A stretch of 64,000 bases of DNA, from the NCBI GenBank assembly GCA_937949725.1, contig CALECT010000032.1, positions 576 through 64,575 on the forward strand, read 5' to 3'. Origin of the DNA: an uncultured Pseudanabaenaceae cyanobacterium (lineage in GTDB: Bacteria > Cyanobacteriota > Cyanobacteriia > PCC-9006 > JAAUQQ01). A model generated the notes under the pieces. The model saw nothing but the letters and a program-made list of their open reading frames with translations, made no database searches and had not been told where the DNA came from. The translations under genes and the position numbers were made by a program. This document shows, one piece after another, positions 1 to 9,885 of this stretch (its first letter is position 1; every line of letters begins with the position of its first letter).

Positions 1-170
1 AGGTGGATGGCAAGATTCATGAGGAGCGTAAAGAAGCTGATGCTGTGCGCGATCGCTTTTTCCAATCCCAAGGCCTAACCGTTCTGCGCTTCACCAATGA
101 CGAAGTTTTCGATGGGTTAGAGGTCGTGCTAGAGCAAATTGCCCACCATGTCGCAGCTGCGCCCCAGTAG
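1..170 (+). CDS. 3' end of DUF559 (Vsr-like PD-(D/E)xK) endonuclease, 5'-partial
   Basis: Frame 3 reads VDGKIHEERKEADAVRDRFFQSQGLTVLRFTNDEVFDGLEVVLEQIAHHVAAAPQ*, paralogous to the C-terminus of 26518..26949 (EVDGKVHE...RD...GLTVLRFTNEQV). Confidence 0.85.
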   Translation, partial: VDGKIHEERKEADAVRDRFFQSQGLTVLRFTNDEVFDGLEVVLEQIAHHVAAAPQ

Positions 171-271
171 ATAGGCTCTGTTACCCGTTTATTACAAGGT
201 TGCTTTCCTGACTCCGGCTTGGGTTGATTAGCGTTATAAGAGAGGGGAAGCATTTTTTATACGCATCGAAA

Positions 272-709
272 ATGACTGATCCTGTGACGATGGCTGCTGT
301 AGGAATAGCAACCCTAGCATTTCAAAAATTTGTCGAGGCTGGAGCTGGCGAACTGGCAAAGAAATTCACAGATGCTGGCGTTGAGAAGATTGATGTGCTG
401 TGGCAGAAGATTCGCGAGAAGCTGTGGGGCCAGTCGCCGCAGGTGAATGATGCGCTGATTTTGGCGGAGGGCGGTGATGATGCTGCGCTGGATAGGATCG
501 CCAGCTATTTGAATGTGGAGATGGATAAGGATGAGGTGTTTGCTCAGGAGCTACAGCAGCTAGCCCATGAGATTACGCTGACTCAGAAGCAGGGGGATGG
601 TTCCCAGATTCAGAACAATTTTGGTGGCACCAATTTCCAGAATCAGATTTCGGGTGGCACGGTTAATCAGGGCACGATCAATATCAATCAGGGACCGAGC
701 AAGGCTTAG
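272..709 (+). CDS. Bell/HeLo-like helical effector with C-terminal N/Q/G-rich amyloid-like (BASS-type) motif
   Basis: Probable start is ATG at 272 (MTDPVTMAAVGIATLAFQKFVEAGAGELAKKF..LWQKIREKL). The C-terminus is QIQNNFGGTNFQNQISGGTVNQGTININQ. It lies directly upstream of an NB-ARC remnant. Confidence 0.7.
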   Translation: MTDPVTMAAVGIATLAFQKFVEAGAGELAKKFTDAGVEKIDVLWQKIREKLWGQSPQVNDALILAEGGDDAALDRIASYLNVEMDKDEVFAQELQQLAHEITLTQKQGDGSQIQNNFGGTNFQNQISGGTVNQGTININQGPSKA

Positions 710-1012
710 CTGGAGGCGGAGGGTTGGAAACCTCCAGAGTCAATCTCCTCACAATTCAACGTGCCCTATGCTCGCAATCCGTTTTTTACGGGGCGGGACC
801 AGGTTCTGCTGGACTTGCATGGGGCGTTGCGGGGCGAGGGGGCGGCGGCGCTGAGTCAGTCGATTCGCGGTTTGGGAGGCATTGGCAAGACCCAGACGGC
901 GGTGGAGTATGCCTATTGCTATGGGCAGGGGACGGATGCGGTTTATGACTGGGTGTTTTGGGTGCGGGCTGAGCCGGGCACAGGATTTTGGTGCGATTGC
1001 TCAGATCGATAG
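710..1012 (+). pseudogene. Truncated, frameshifted NB-ARC (NLR-type STAND ATPase) remnant
   Basis: FNVPYARNPFFTGRDQVL...GLGGIGKTQTAVEYAY...VFWVRAE (Walker A). The next NB-ARC-like segment, QDFGAIAQI, is in another frame near 980-1007, then homology ends at AT-rich DNA. Confidence 0.8.
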
Positions 1013-1118
1013 CCCATTTATATCTTTCACTGTACAAGAATTTGAATCCTTCTACTATCATTTCCTCAACAGCGAAACGAACAATATCCACAATCGAAGC
1101 CTACGGACTTGAAGCACC

Positions 1119-1472
1119 ATGCAATTAGCTCGATTGATTTGTCTTGCGATCGTTGTTTTTCAATATCTTCTATCAATCAACCTAGCGCTAGAACCAGCCA
1201 AAAGAGGCGACAATAATGTCTCTCGAGGAGGTTTTATACAGTACTTTACTTTTGTCTCCATTTCTTATGTATGGTTAGCCTTAAAAATTCTTGCAGGCAT
1301 AGCATTATGGAAAATCCTAATTGGCTGGGTCATTGTCACTTTTTTTATAATTGGCTGGTTGTTTAATGGCTATATCTCGAAGATGAAAACAACATTTTTG
1401 CAAAACCTATTTGCCGATACATTTGCAGTAAGCCTACCAATATTGTTGCTGGAGAAGCTGCTTCTGACATAG
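1119..1472 (+). CDS. Hypothetical multi-pass membrane protein (AT-rich)
   Basis: 117-aa ORF with several hydrophobic segments. Confidence 0.5.
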   Translation: MQLARLICLAIVVFQYLLSINLALEPAKRGDNNVSRGGFIQYFTFVSISYVWLALKILAGIALWKILIGWVIVTFFIIGWLFNGYISKMKTTFLQNLFADTFAVSLPILLLEKLLLT

Positions 1473-1508
1473 CCTTACACCTAGCCGTCTGTTCCAGACC
1501 GAGAAACT

Positions 1509-1760
1509 ATGCAATTTGAAGGCTCTTTTTTTAACGCTGCCCACGTCTATAAGGCAGAGCTTGCCCAGATGCTTGCCGACAAAGGATTCACGGTAGTTGT
1601 ATCCGAACAAAAAACACCATTTTATCGTCGACGTCGTTTTACAGTGTTTGTAGATGTCAATGGCATCAAAGCCCTTCCCCACGAAAACCTTACAAAGCCT
1701 CAACTGTGGGCTGTCTTAACCTCAATAGCAAAAGTGTCTATATGCTACCCATCTTTGTAG
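1509..1760 (+). CDS. Hypothetical protein
   Basis: 83-aa ATG ORF following 1119..1472, no recognised motif. Confidence 0.45.
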   Translation: MQFEGSFFNAAHVYKAELAQMLADKGFTVVVSEQKTPFYRRRRFTVFVDVNGIKALPHENLTKPQLWAVLTSIAKVSICYPSL

Positions 1761-1915
1761 GATTTATGGCTCCGACTTCTACAAAACGGGTTTTCGAGTT
1801 CAGGATACATTAAGCTCTGCACACGAGAATTCTCTTACAGAAAACAGCCTAGGCCGAGCTCTCTCCCCCCTTTGACCAAACAGTTGCTCCAGCAAATCCA
1901 AACCGACCCACCCAC

Positions 1916-4297
1916 CTAACGCCCCAACAACAACGCCTCCGCCCCCGCCCGATCCACCGGCCGCGAAAACAAATACCCCTGCCCAAACCCACAACCCATC
2001 TCCACCAACTGAGCCAACTGCCCCTCCGTCTCAATCCCCTCCGCGATCGCCGTCAACCCCAACCCCTCACTCAACCCCACCATCGTCCGCGTCACCTGAT
2101 CCTGCCCCGGCTGCAAATCCATCACAAACGACCGATCAATCTTCAACGTATTCACCGGAAACTGATGCAAATAACTCAGCGACGAATACCCCGTCCCAAA
2201 ATCATCCAAACTCAAATGCACCCCCAACCCCCGCAACGCCTCCAACCGCGCCTTAAGAACCGCAGTCGCCTCAATCAACACCGTCTCCGTCATCTCTAAC
2301 TTAATGCAACTCGGCGGCAACCCACTCTCCGCCAACAACTGCCCCACCTGCCCCACAAAATCCGCCTGCAACAACTGCCGCCCCGAGACATTAATACTCA
2401 TCATCAACGACTCATCCCCCAGTTGCTGATGCCACAGCTTCAACTGCTCACAAGCCGATCGCAACACCCAACTCCCCAACGGAATAATCAACCCCGTCTC
2501 CTCCGCCACTGGGATAAACTCCACCGGCTCAATCCTTCCCCGTAGCTCATGTTGCCAACGCAACAAGGCCTCAAACCCCACAATCTCCCGATTCGCCAAA
2601 CTCACAATTGGCTGATAATGCAGCTCCAACGCTGGCACCATTGGAGCTCCTTCCCCTGCCATCGCACCCCGTGAATGCCAAGCCTGCTGAATAGATCGCC
2701 GCAGCCCCGTCTCCAAGCCATGGCGAGCCATCACCCGCTCATGCATCGCTTGATCAAACACCGCGATCTTCTCATCCGAAAGCGTTTGCTTCGCCTGGTA
2801 CATGGCAATATCGGCGTCCCGCAAAATCTCCTCAGGATCCTGGTAGCGATCGCCACCATAGGCAATTCCCACACTCGTCGTCGCAAACAGGGAATGATCG
2901 CCCAACTCGAACGGCATCGAGAACTGCTCCACAATACGCTTCAAGACCCCCTGGGCTCCCGACTGTCGAGAATACCCCTCTAGCAAAATTGCAAATTCAT
3001 CCCCCCCCAGGCGAGCCAGCACAGCACTGTCAGGCAAACAGCTCTTAAGACGATGGGCGATCGCCACCAATAGCTGATCACCCACACTGTGGCCCCAACT
3101 GTCATTGACTAGCTTGAAGTGATCCACATCCAGAAAAACAACCGCAAACGACTCTGAAGGAGGCCTTTCTAGCTGAGCCTGAATCCTGGCCTCAATCCGT
3201 GACAGCAGCGTTGCCCGGTTATAGAGCCCTGTTAGCAAATCACGCTGAGCCTGGTGGCGGAGTTGGGCCGTGGCACGACTGCTTTCCGTCGTAATACTCG
3301 CCAAATGGGCAGCGGTTTTAATCAGCTGGTGATGGAACTGCAACGGTGCACAGGCAGAGCGATGGGACAGAGCCATGCTGCCCAAAACCTCCCCCGTCTT
3401 GGAAAAAAAAGGCGTGGACCAACAGGAATGAATGTCGTGCTGCTTGGCGAAAGCTTTAAAGGGAGCCCAGAGTGGATCTTTGGCAATATCTGTGACAAAA
3501 ACGGGCTCCTTGCGATGCAGGGCCGTACCGCAAGAGGCCACGCCCTCCCCAATGGTCAATCCATCGATCGCGTCATTCCACTCCTGGGGGAACGTGGGCG
3601 CTGCCCCAGCCACCATCTTGGTGCCTGATTCATCCAGCAACATGATGGAACAGAGGCTGCCCGGTGACTGGGCTTCAATCAATAAACAGAGGCTGCTGAG
3701 GATGTTCTGTAGAGAGTCCCCCGCAGCCAATTGCTCCAATATCTTGCTCTGGGTTGCTAGCAGGCCTTCAGAACGCGATCGCTGAATAGCAGTGGCCAGC
3801 AAATGCGCCACGGACTGCAAAAACGGTAGCTCACTACTGCCCAATTGAGACTCGGTGCCGTAAAGCTCAATGGCAGCTAACAACTCTTGATCAGCACCCA
3901 GAACCGGAATGAGGAAGCCTGTCTTGCACTCTGCTGGCGCTAAAATCGTAGTCCAAGCTTCTGGCGAACGCTGATGGGAGCTTTTGAGAGAAAACGGCTG
4001 TTTGCGTTGCTTAAGACTGTTAATCCAGGGAGCCTCAGCGCCACTAAATGAAGTCGGGAGCTGCTGTGCTTTGAGGTTGTCGGTGACCGAAATGCATTTG
4101 AGCGTGAGATTGTCAGACAGCATCTGCCAGCAGCGGCAGTAGGGCATTCCCAGAACCGTCTTGAATGTTGTGGCGATCGCCTCAAATAGCGCTGCGATGC
4201 CAGTATGGCTGAGCGCTTGCTGGGCTAAGAGTTGCAGGGCATCTTGCTGGCTAATGGGCTCTGTGCCGACAATCTGACGAGGTAGAGGCTGCAACAT
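1916..4297 (-). CDS. GAF-GAF-GGDEF-EAL diguanylate cyclase/phosphodiesterase
   Basis: DLLTGLYNR, intact GGDEF, FEALLRW and DDFGTGYSSL, with two N-terminal GAF-like regions. ATG at 4297 is preferred over TTG at 4333. Confidence 0.95.
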   Translation of the reverse strand: MLQPLPRQIVGTEPISQQDALQLLAQQALSHTGIAALFEAIATTFKTVLGMPYCRCWQMLSDNLTLKCISVTDNLKAQQLPTSFSGAEAPWINSLKQRKQPFSLKSSHQRSPEAWTTILAPAECKTGFLIPVLGADQELLAAIELYGTESQLGSSELPFLQSVAHLLATAIQRSRSEGLLATQSKILEQLAAGDSLQNILSSLCLLIEAQSPGSLCSIMLLDESGTKMVAGAAPTFPQEWNDAIDGLTIGEGVASCGTALHRKEPVFVTDIAKDPLWAPFKAFAKQHDIHSCWSTPFFSKTGEVLGSMALSHRSACAPLQFHHQLIKTAAHLASITTESSRATAQLRHQAQRDLLTGLYNRATLLSRIEARIQAQLERPPSESFAVVFLDVDHFKLVNDSWGHSVGDQLLVAIAHRLKSCLPDSAVLARLGGDEFAILLEGYSRQSGAQGVLKRIVEQFSMPFELGDHSLFATTSVGIAYGGDRYQDPEEILRDADIAMYQAKQTLSDEKIAVFDQAMHERVMARHGLETGLRRSIQQAWHSRGAMAGEGAPMVPALELHYQPIVSLANREIVGFEALLRWQHELRGRIEPVEFIPVAEETGLIIPLGSWVLRSACEQLKLWHQQLGDESLMMSINVSGRQLLQADFVGQVGQLLAESGLPPSCIKLEMTETVLIEATAVLKARLEALRGLGVHLSLDDFGTGYSSLSYLHQFPVNTLKIDRSFVMDLQPGQDQVTRTMVGLSEGLGLTAIAEGIETEGQLAQLVEMGCGFGQGYLFSRPVDRAGAEALLLGR

Positions 4298-4866
4298 GGT
4301 TGATGGTGTGCTCACAAATTCACTTTCAAACAAGGCCTGAGCTAAACGGTCACGATAATGTCATTGTTCAACCATATGTTGCCCGTCATCTAGGCTGAAT
4401 CTCCTTTAAAGAATCAACCTAACTCCTAAGTATCAGGGAAATAATGTCATCGATATATGACCTAGAGAATGTTGTTGCAGGCCAACAAGTGCAATTCTCT
4501 CATTTATAGTGTTGCAGCACCATCCATTCACACAGATGGCAATAGACAGGGTTTAAGTCGTGAATCTTATAACCTAAAACAGCGATAAATTTACGCAATT
4601 CTGGATTAAATAGAGCTGTTTTTATACTTTGTTTTGATAAGTGCTTTGCCTGATGTATTTACCTAAGGTAAGAGAAAGTAGCGGAAAGTTGTAGGAGCAA
4701 TTTTAGAAGCTTTGATGTTTACTTAAATAGTTGGCTATGCAGAAAATGTTGAGGATGTAGTCCCGAGCGACCTAGCTCCCGTGGAGCCGTTTGACTTCGT
4801 TCTGAAACGGTACGAGCCATTCTGGGAGAGAACTGTAGTCATTCCCCAGCAAAAAGGACGACCCAA

Positions 4867-6201
4867 TCAAGCATTTTGGGGGGACAAGAAGGTACTTCCC
4901 AAGGTTAGGGTGCGACCCAACATTAGACTGCTCATGGCCAGCCAGAGTAACGTCGGACTATTTTGTTGAACGGCTGCAATGCCCAGGGGCAGGAAAAATA
5001 CCCCTGTCGAAATGAGCGAGGCATTACGGAGAATAGGCCCTGCCGTTAAACCTAAGAAATAGCCATCTAATAGATAGGCTATCGAGCCGATACCCAACAC
5101 GGGCAACAGCCAAATACTGTATTGACCGACAGTATCTAGAACCGATTGATGATGGGTCAACAATTCAAAGAGGCGAGGCATTGCCAAAAACAGTAGCCCG
5201 AAGCCAAGACCACAAAATAAGCTGAGTCCTAAACCCAATTGCAAGAGCTGTTGTCGTCGCTGGGGCGTTGGATCAGCCGCAAATTGTCCGGCGAAGGTTT
5301 CGGCAGTGAAGGCAAAGCCATCAATGAAGTAAGCCGCCAAGCTAATCACCTGCAACAGTAGTGTATTGGCTGCCAGCACCGTCTCACCAAAGCCTGAGCT
5401 GAAGTTGGTAAACAGGCTAAAGGCCGTGACCAGCGCAAAAGTGCGAATCAAAATATCGCGGTTGAGGGCAAAGAGAGCCCTCAGGTCAGGCCAATGCCAG
5501 AGTTTGCCTTGGAGGGCTTGCCAAGATTGATCCTGCTGGCTGCGCCACTGCTGGATAACAAAGCCTAAACCCACGACCAGGGCCAAATACTGACTCAGCG
5601 CCGTGGCTAATCCTGCTCCAAAGCTGGCCCAGCCGAAACGTACGACAAATACATAGTCCAGCAGAATATTGCCACCATTGGCGATCGCTGCCAGCACCAG
5701 CACTCGCCGTCCCTGCCCTTGACCTAAAAACCAGCCCAGCAGCACAAAGTTCAGCAGCACCGCCGGAGCGCCCCAAATGCGCCCCTGGAAAAAGGCAATG
5801 CCTGATGCTTGAACCGTCGCCGTGGCATTGAGTAACGCAAAGCCCAGCTCCCGGATGGGCCATTGCAGGAGCAAGATGGCTGTGCTGAGGGCGATCGCTA
5901 TTCCCCCGCTGCGCCACAACAGAAGCCACAAGTCCTCCGCCTCACCTCGCCCCACGGCCTGGGCCGTCAGTCCCGTCGTGCCCATGCGGAGGAAGCCAAA
6001 ACTCCAATAGAGGTAGTTAAATAGAATTGTTGCTAAAGCAACCCCGCCCAGATAATGAATTTCACTCAAATGTCCCAAAAAGGCCGTATCGACCAAACTG
6101 GCCAGCGGCACCATGAGGTTTGAAAGGACATTTGCAGCCGAAAGCTTGAGAAACTGAGTCGTGAAACTCGGCCAAATCTTGCGAAAACGCGAAACGCCCA
6201 T
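4867..6201 (-). CDS. MATE family efflux transporter (DinF-like)
   Basis: NLMVPLASLVDTAFLGHL...FGFLRMGTTGLTAQA, with about 12 hydrophobic segments. Confidence 0.9.
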   Translation of the reverse strand: MGVSRFRKIWPSFTTQFLKLSAANVLSNLMVPLASLVDTAFLGHLSEIHYLGGVALATILFNYLYWSFGFLRMGTTGLTAQAVGRGEAEDLWLLLWRSGGIAIALSTAILLLQWPIRELGFALLNATATVQASGIAFFQGRIWGAPAVLLNFVLLGWFLGQGQGRRVLVLAAIANGGNILLDYVFVVRFGWASFGAGLATALSQYLALVVGLGFVIQQWRSQQDQSWQALQGKLWHWPDLRALFALNRDILIRTFALVTAFSLFTNFSSGFGETVLAANTLLLQVISLAAYFIDGFAFTAETFAGQFAADPTPQRRQQLLQLGLGLSLFCGLGFGLLFLAMPRLFELLTHHQSVLDTVGQYSIWLLPVLGIGSIAYLLDGYFLGLTAGPILRNASLISTGVFFLPLGIAAVQQNSPTLLWLAMSSLMLGRTLTLGSTFLSPQNA

Positions 6202-6380
6202 GGAATCTCTGCAATTGGGCCTTTAGCGTAGAGGATTATGGGCCTAAATTTATGCTTCGGAGAAAGTGTTGTCTGACTGTCTAGCCTGGGAAATATAGGG
6301 TCTGAGCCAGCTTTGCAACTACCGATGATATGCCCCTAGACCCAAAAGCATAGTTTGTTGTTGTTGAGTTGCGCTGAAAT

Positions 6381-9300
6381 ATGGATCGCCGCCAGTCGCT
6401 GATCTACCCCATTATATTTTTAGGAGCCTTGGGCAAGTCCGATGGTGCCATCGCTCAGGTTCTGAGCGATGGCACCATGGCTATGCCGACCTCCGTGCTG
6501 ACCTTGGGTAGCAACAGCACGATTACGGGTGGTACGGCGGTTAACAACAATCTTTTCCATAGCTTTTCTCAATTCTCCATCCTGCCTGGGAGCCTGGCGA
6601 CTTTTAATAGTGCGCCCAATATTGAAGTCATTTTTGCGCGGGTTACAGGCAACAATCCCAGCAGTATTCAGGGTGGGATTGTTGTGCCTGGAGCAACTGA
6701 TTTATTCCTGCTGAACCCTGCTGGTGTGGAATTTTCCAACGGGGCTACTTTAAGCTTGGGTGGCTCATTGTTTGTGACCACGGCTGAGAGGCTTGACTTT
6801 GCAGGGGGAGGTAGCTTTAGCGCGGCAGCTGGAGCCCTCAATGACCCCTTGCTGAATGTCAATGTCCCCAGTGGGTTGCAGTGGGGAGCCCAGGCTGCGG
6901 GCCTATCGCTTTCCAATCTTGCTGGGACTTATGGGGGGGGGCAAGATTTTCATCTCTTGGGTGGACCTGTTACGCTCGACAATATCCAGCTCGCTTTCGG
7001 AAGCCGGAATTTCTCAGCAGGAGCGGTGGGCCCGAATAGCCGGGTGGGGCTCGTGAGCAGTAATAGCACTGCCCAGCTTGAGAGCTTGAGTGCAGATTAC
7101 AGTGCCGTCACAGCTTTTGAAGACATCACGCTCAGCAATGGAACTGAGCTTGACACATCATCAGCTGCCATTCCTGGCAGTATCCGCTTGCAAGGGCGCC
7201 AAGTGAACCTTTTGGATGGGGGTCGCCTGAGTACGGAAACCTCGGGATCTTCAGCTTCGGGAGATATTGAGATTAATGCTTCTGAGTCTTTCTTGGCTCA
7301 AGGGGGGCGCAGTAATGGATCTCACAGTCTGACGGTGGGAACTCTGGCTGGTTCTACTGGATCTGGAGGACGTTTATTGATTAATGCTCCCTCTGTGACC
7401 TTGGCAGATGGCGTATTGGTTTATGCCGATACGCTTAGCTCTGGCAATGGAGGGGTAATTGAAGTCAATGCGTCAGATCTTTTAGAGATTCGAGGAGAGT
7501 TGCCGGGTAACTCCAATCAAGTGAGTTTGCTGGCTGCCATTACAGAGGCTCCGGCGACGGGGGATGGAGGCACATTAGATCTCAATGTCGGGACGCTACG
7601 GCTCTTGGATGGTGGCAGTATTGATGCTCGCAATGTGCTGAATGGTGATGGTGCTTTGATTAATGTCAATGCAACGAACTTGATCGAAATCAGAGGCAGT
7701 AATAGCGATGGTGGGAGCGTTAGCCAAATTTATGGCTATGGGAGCACGGGGAGTAGCGGTGCGGGTGCAACTATTAATCTCACAACCAATCAGCTCTCTC
7801 TTCTAGACGGCGGCATCATTGATATCAGCCCCAGAGGGGCTGGCAGGGGGGGGGAGCTGAACATCAATGCCCAGGACATCCTGATTCAAGGGACTGGCCC
7901 CACTATGGGCAGCGGAATCATGGCTTTGGTGGATAGTGGTCAGGGCGGTAATGGGGGGGACATTAACATCACGACTGCTGGCCTAAACTTGCTGGACGGC
8001 GGGGCAATTTTGATGGGTGCGGACCAGGCTGTGACGGGAGGAAACCTGTCGATTCAAGCAACGGATCTCCTGGTGGATGGATCGGGTCAAGCCGGAAATG
8101 GGCAAACCTCCACTAGCCGTATTCTCAATCAAGCCACTTTGGGAACCAGCGGTGCTGTGGTGATTAATGCGACGGATCTAGATGTGACAGGTGGGGGGAT
8201 TATTGCAAGCTATCTCCAGGGGACTGGCACAGCAGGACCGCTGAGCATCACGGGCGATCGCATCACCATTGCCGGAGATAACCAAAGCTTTAGTCGTATT
8301 GAGGCCCCAGACCTCAGCGGGAGCGGAGGCAACAATGGCGATCTAACAATCACAGCAAATCAGAGCTTGAGCTTGGTCGATGGTGGCAGAATTCTTTCCC
8401 AGGTTAGCGGCTCGACCACAGCCGGAACTCTATCCATTTCTGCTGGGGATTTACAGGTGAGGGGCCAGGGCCAGATCAATAGCCAAATCGCGACCCTGGC
8501 AACTAACGGAGCCCAGGGGAGCAACATCAACATCAATGCTCCCAGTTTGACCTTGGATGACGGAGGACAAATTGTCTCCCAGGCGACCAATGGAGGACGG
8601 GGAGGAGATATTGGAATTACCAGCAATGCTCTTAATATTCTCAACACCACAGGCGATCCCAACCGTTTGAGCGAAATCCTGGTTCAGGGGAACGGAGGGC
8701 AAGCAGGCAACGCGACGATTACAACCGATGCGCTGCAAGTGACCCAGAGCAGCCGCATTCGCCTGTTAGGGGATAACGGTTCTACAGGCAGCAATTTAAC
8801 TGTCGCTGCAAATACCTTGGCCTTGGATGGCGGTGTCATTCAAAGTCAGATGAATGCTGCGACGGGGGGCAATATTGATTTGGCGATCGCCAATGGAATT
8901 GCGATCGATAATGGTGCTGAAATCAAGACCGAATTAGCAAACGGTGCCAATGGCGGCAATTTGACGATTACAACGACAGGTGACATCACGGCTTCTGGTA
9001 ATAGCGATATTTACACCAGCGTTAACGGAGCTCAAGGCGGTAATGTCGCCGTTACTGCCAATGCTTTGGTGGATTTAGAAGTTAGGGCAGCTTTGACACC
9101 CGAGAATGATTTGGTGTCTGGAGGCAATTTATCGCTAGTTCTGACCGCTCCTCCGCCTGTCGATCCTCCAATTGAGCCACCTGTAGACCCACCGATTGAA
9201 CCTCCGGCTAATCCGCCTGTGGAGCCACCTGTGGAGCCACCTGTTGTTCCCCCGGTCGAGCCACCTATTGTTCCTTCGGTTGAGTCACCTCCGCCCATCC

Positions 9301-9755
9301 TTCCTGCATTTCCCAATGGATTAAGCCCTGCAGCTTTGGCCCAACTTGCAGCTGCGACGCTAGCCCAGTCTCAGGAAGAGTCGAGCGGGAATAGCGATGA
9401 GGTGGCGGCCGCATTACGAAACTCCGCTGCGATTCAAGATGCAGAGCTTGCACCAGGCTGTATTGCTGGGCCAGACAACCGCTTTGTGCGAACTGGCAAA
9501 GGCGGCTTGCCCGATAATCCCAGCCATGTGCGATCGTCGGTTCCCCTATGGCAGGATGGCGCAGCAGCCCAGGGTCGCTTGGCCCAAGTACAGCCAGAAT
9601 CTCCCCAGGCAGAATGGTCTGCTGCGTCAGCGCTCCCCGAAGCTGCCCCACCTTTGGCGGAAGCCCAGGGCTGGACAATGAATGACAGTGGCCAAGTGCA
9701 GTTGTTAGCGGAGGCCCCCTTGCCGGTTAAGGCTGCGGGTTGTGGTTTGTCCTAG
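6381..9755 (+). CDS. Filamentous-haemagglutinin-like (TpsA) exoprotein
   Basis: TPS domain (NLFHSFSQFS, ARVTG, LFLLNPAG), G/N/S/T-rich beta-helix repeats, and the cyanobacterial C-terminal motifs FVRTGKGGLP and EAQGW. Confidence 0.9.
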   Translation: MDRRQSLIYPIIFLGALGKSDGAIAQVLSDGTMAMPTSVLTLGSNSTITGGTAVNNNLFHSFSQFSILPGSLATFNSAPNIEVIFARVTGNNPSSIQGGIVVPGATDLFLLNPAGVEFSNGATLSLGGSLFVTTAERLDFAGGGSFSAAAGALNDPLLNVNVPSGLQWGAQAAGLSLSNLAGTYGGGQDFHLLGGPVTLDNIQLAFGSRNFSAGAVGPNSRVGLVSSNSTAQLESLSADYSAVTAFEDITLSNGTELDTSSAAIPGSIRLQGRQVNLLDGGRLSTETSGSSASGDIEINASESFLAQGGRSNGSHSLTVGTLAGSTGSGGRLLINAPSVTLADGVLVYADTLSSGNGGVIEVNASDLLEIRGELPGNSNQVSLLAAITEAPATGDGGTLDLNVGTLRLLDGGSIDARNVLNGDGALINVNATNLIEIRGSNSDGGSVSQIYGYGSTGSSGAGATINLTTNQLSLLDGGIIDISPRGAGRGGELNINAQDILIQGTGPTMGSGIMALVDSGQGGNGGDINITTAGLNLLDGGAILMGADQAVTGGNLSIQATDLLVDGSGQAGNGQTSTSRILNQATLGTSGAVVINATDLDVTGGGIIASYLQGTGTAGPLSITGDRITIAGDNQSFSRIEAPDLSGSGGNNGDLTITANQSLSLVDGGRILSQVSGSTTAGTLSISAGDLQVRGQGQINSQIATLATNGAQGSNININAPSLTLDDGGQIVSQATNGGRGGDIGITSNALNILNTTGDPNRLSEILVQGNGGQAGNATITTDALQVTQSSRIRLLGDNGSTGSNLTVAANTLALDGGVIQSQMNAATGGNIDLAIANGIAIDNGAEIKTELANGANGGNLTITTTGDITASGNSDIYTSVNGAQGGNVAVTANALVDLEVRAALTPENDLVSGGNLSLVLTAPPPVDPPIEPPVDPPIEPPANPPVEPPVEPPVVPPVEPPIVPSVESPPPILPAFPNGLSPAALAQLAAATLAQSQEESSGNSDEVAAALRNSAAIQDAELAPGCIAGPDNRFVRTGKGGLPDNPSHVRSSVPLWQDGAAAQGRLAQVQPESPQAEWSAASALPEAAPPLAEAQGWTMNDSGQVQLLAEAPLPVKAAGCGLS
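9150..9296 (+). repeat. Coding 12-nt-period repeat encoding a PP(V/I)(E/D) linker
   Basis: PPVDPPIEPPVDPPIEPPANPPVEPPVEPPVVPPVEPP within the TpsA gene. Confidence 0.85.
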
Positions 9756-9885
9756 GTGAAATTTAGCGAGTTCACCGTAAAACTCATAATGTTAAAGATG
9801 CACGGCTGGGTAATGTCATCGCCCAATACGCCTTAGTATTTTTAATGTAGATGTTTGCTTTGCTCGGGACTGCTGCCTCGGCTTC

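Noticed and set aside
4867-6201. Toxin biosynthetic cluster around the MATE transporter
   Set aside because: The neighbours are a c-di-GMP enzyme and an exoprotein, with no biosynthetic genes.
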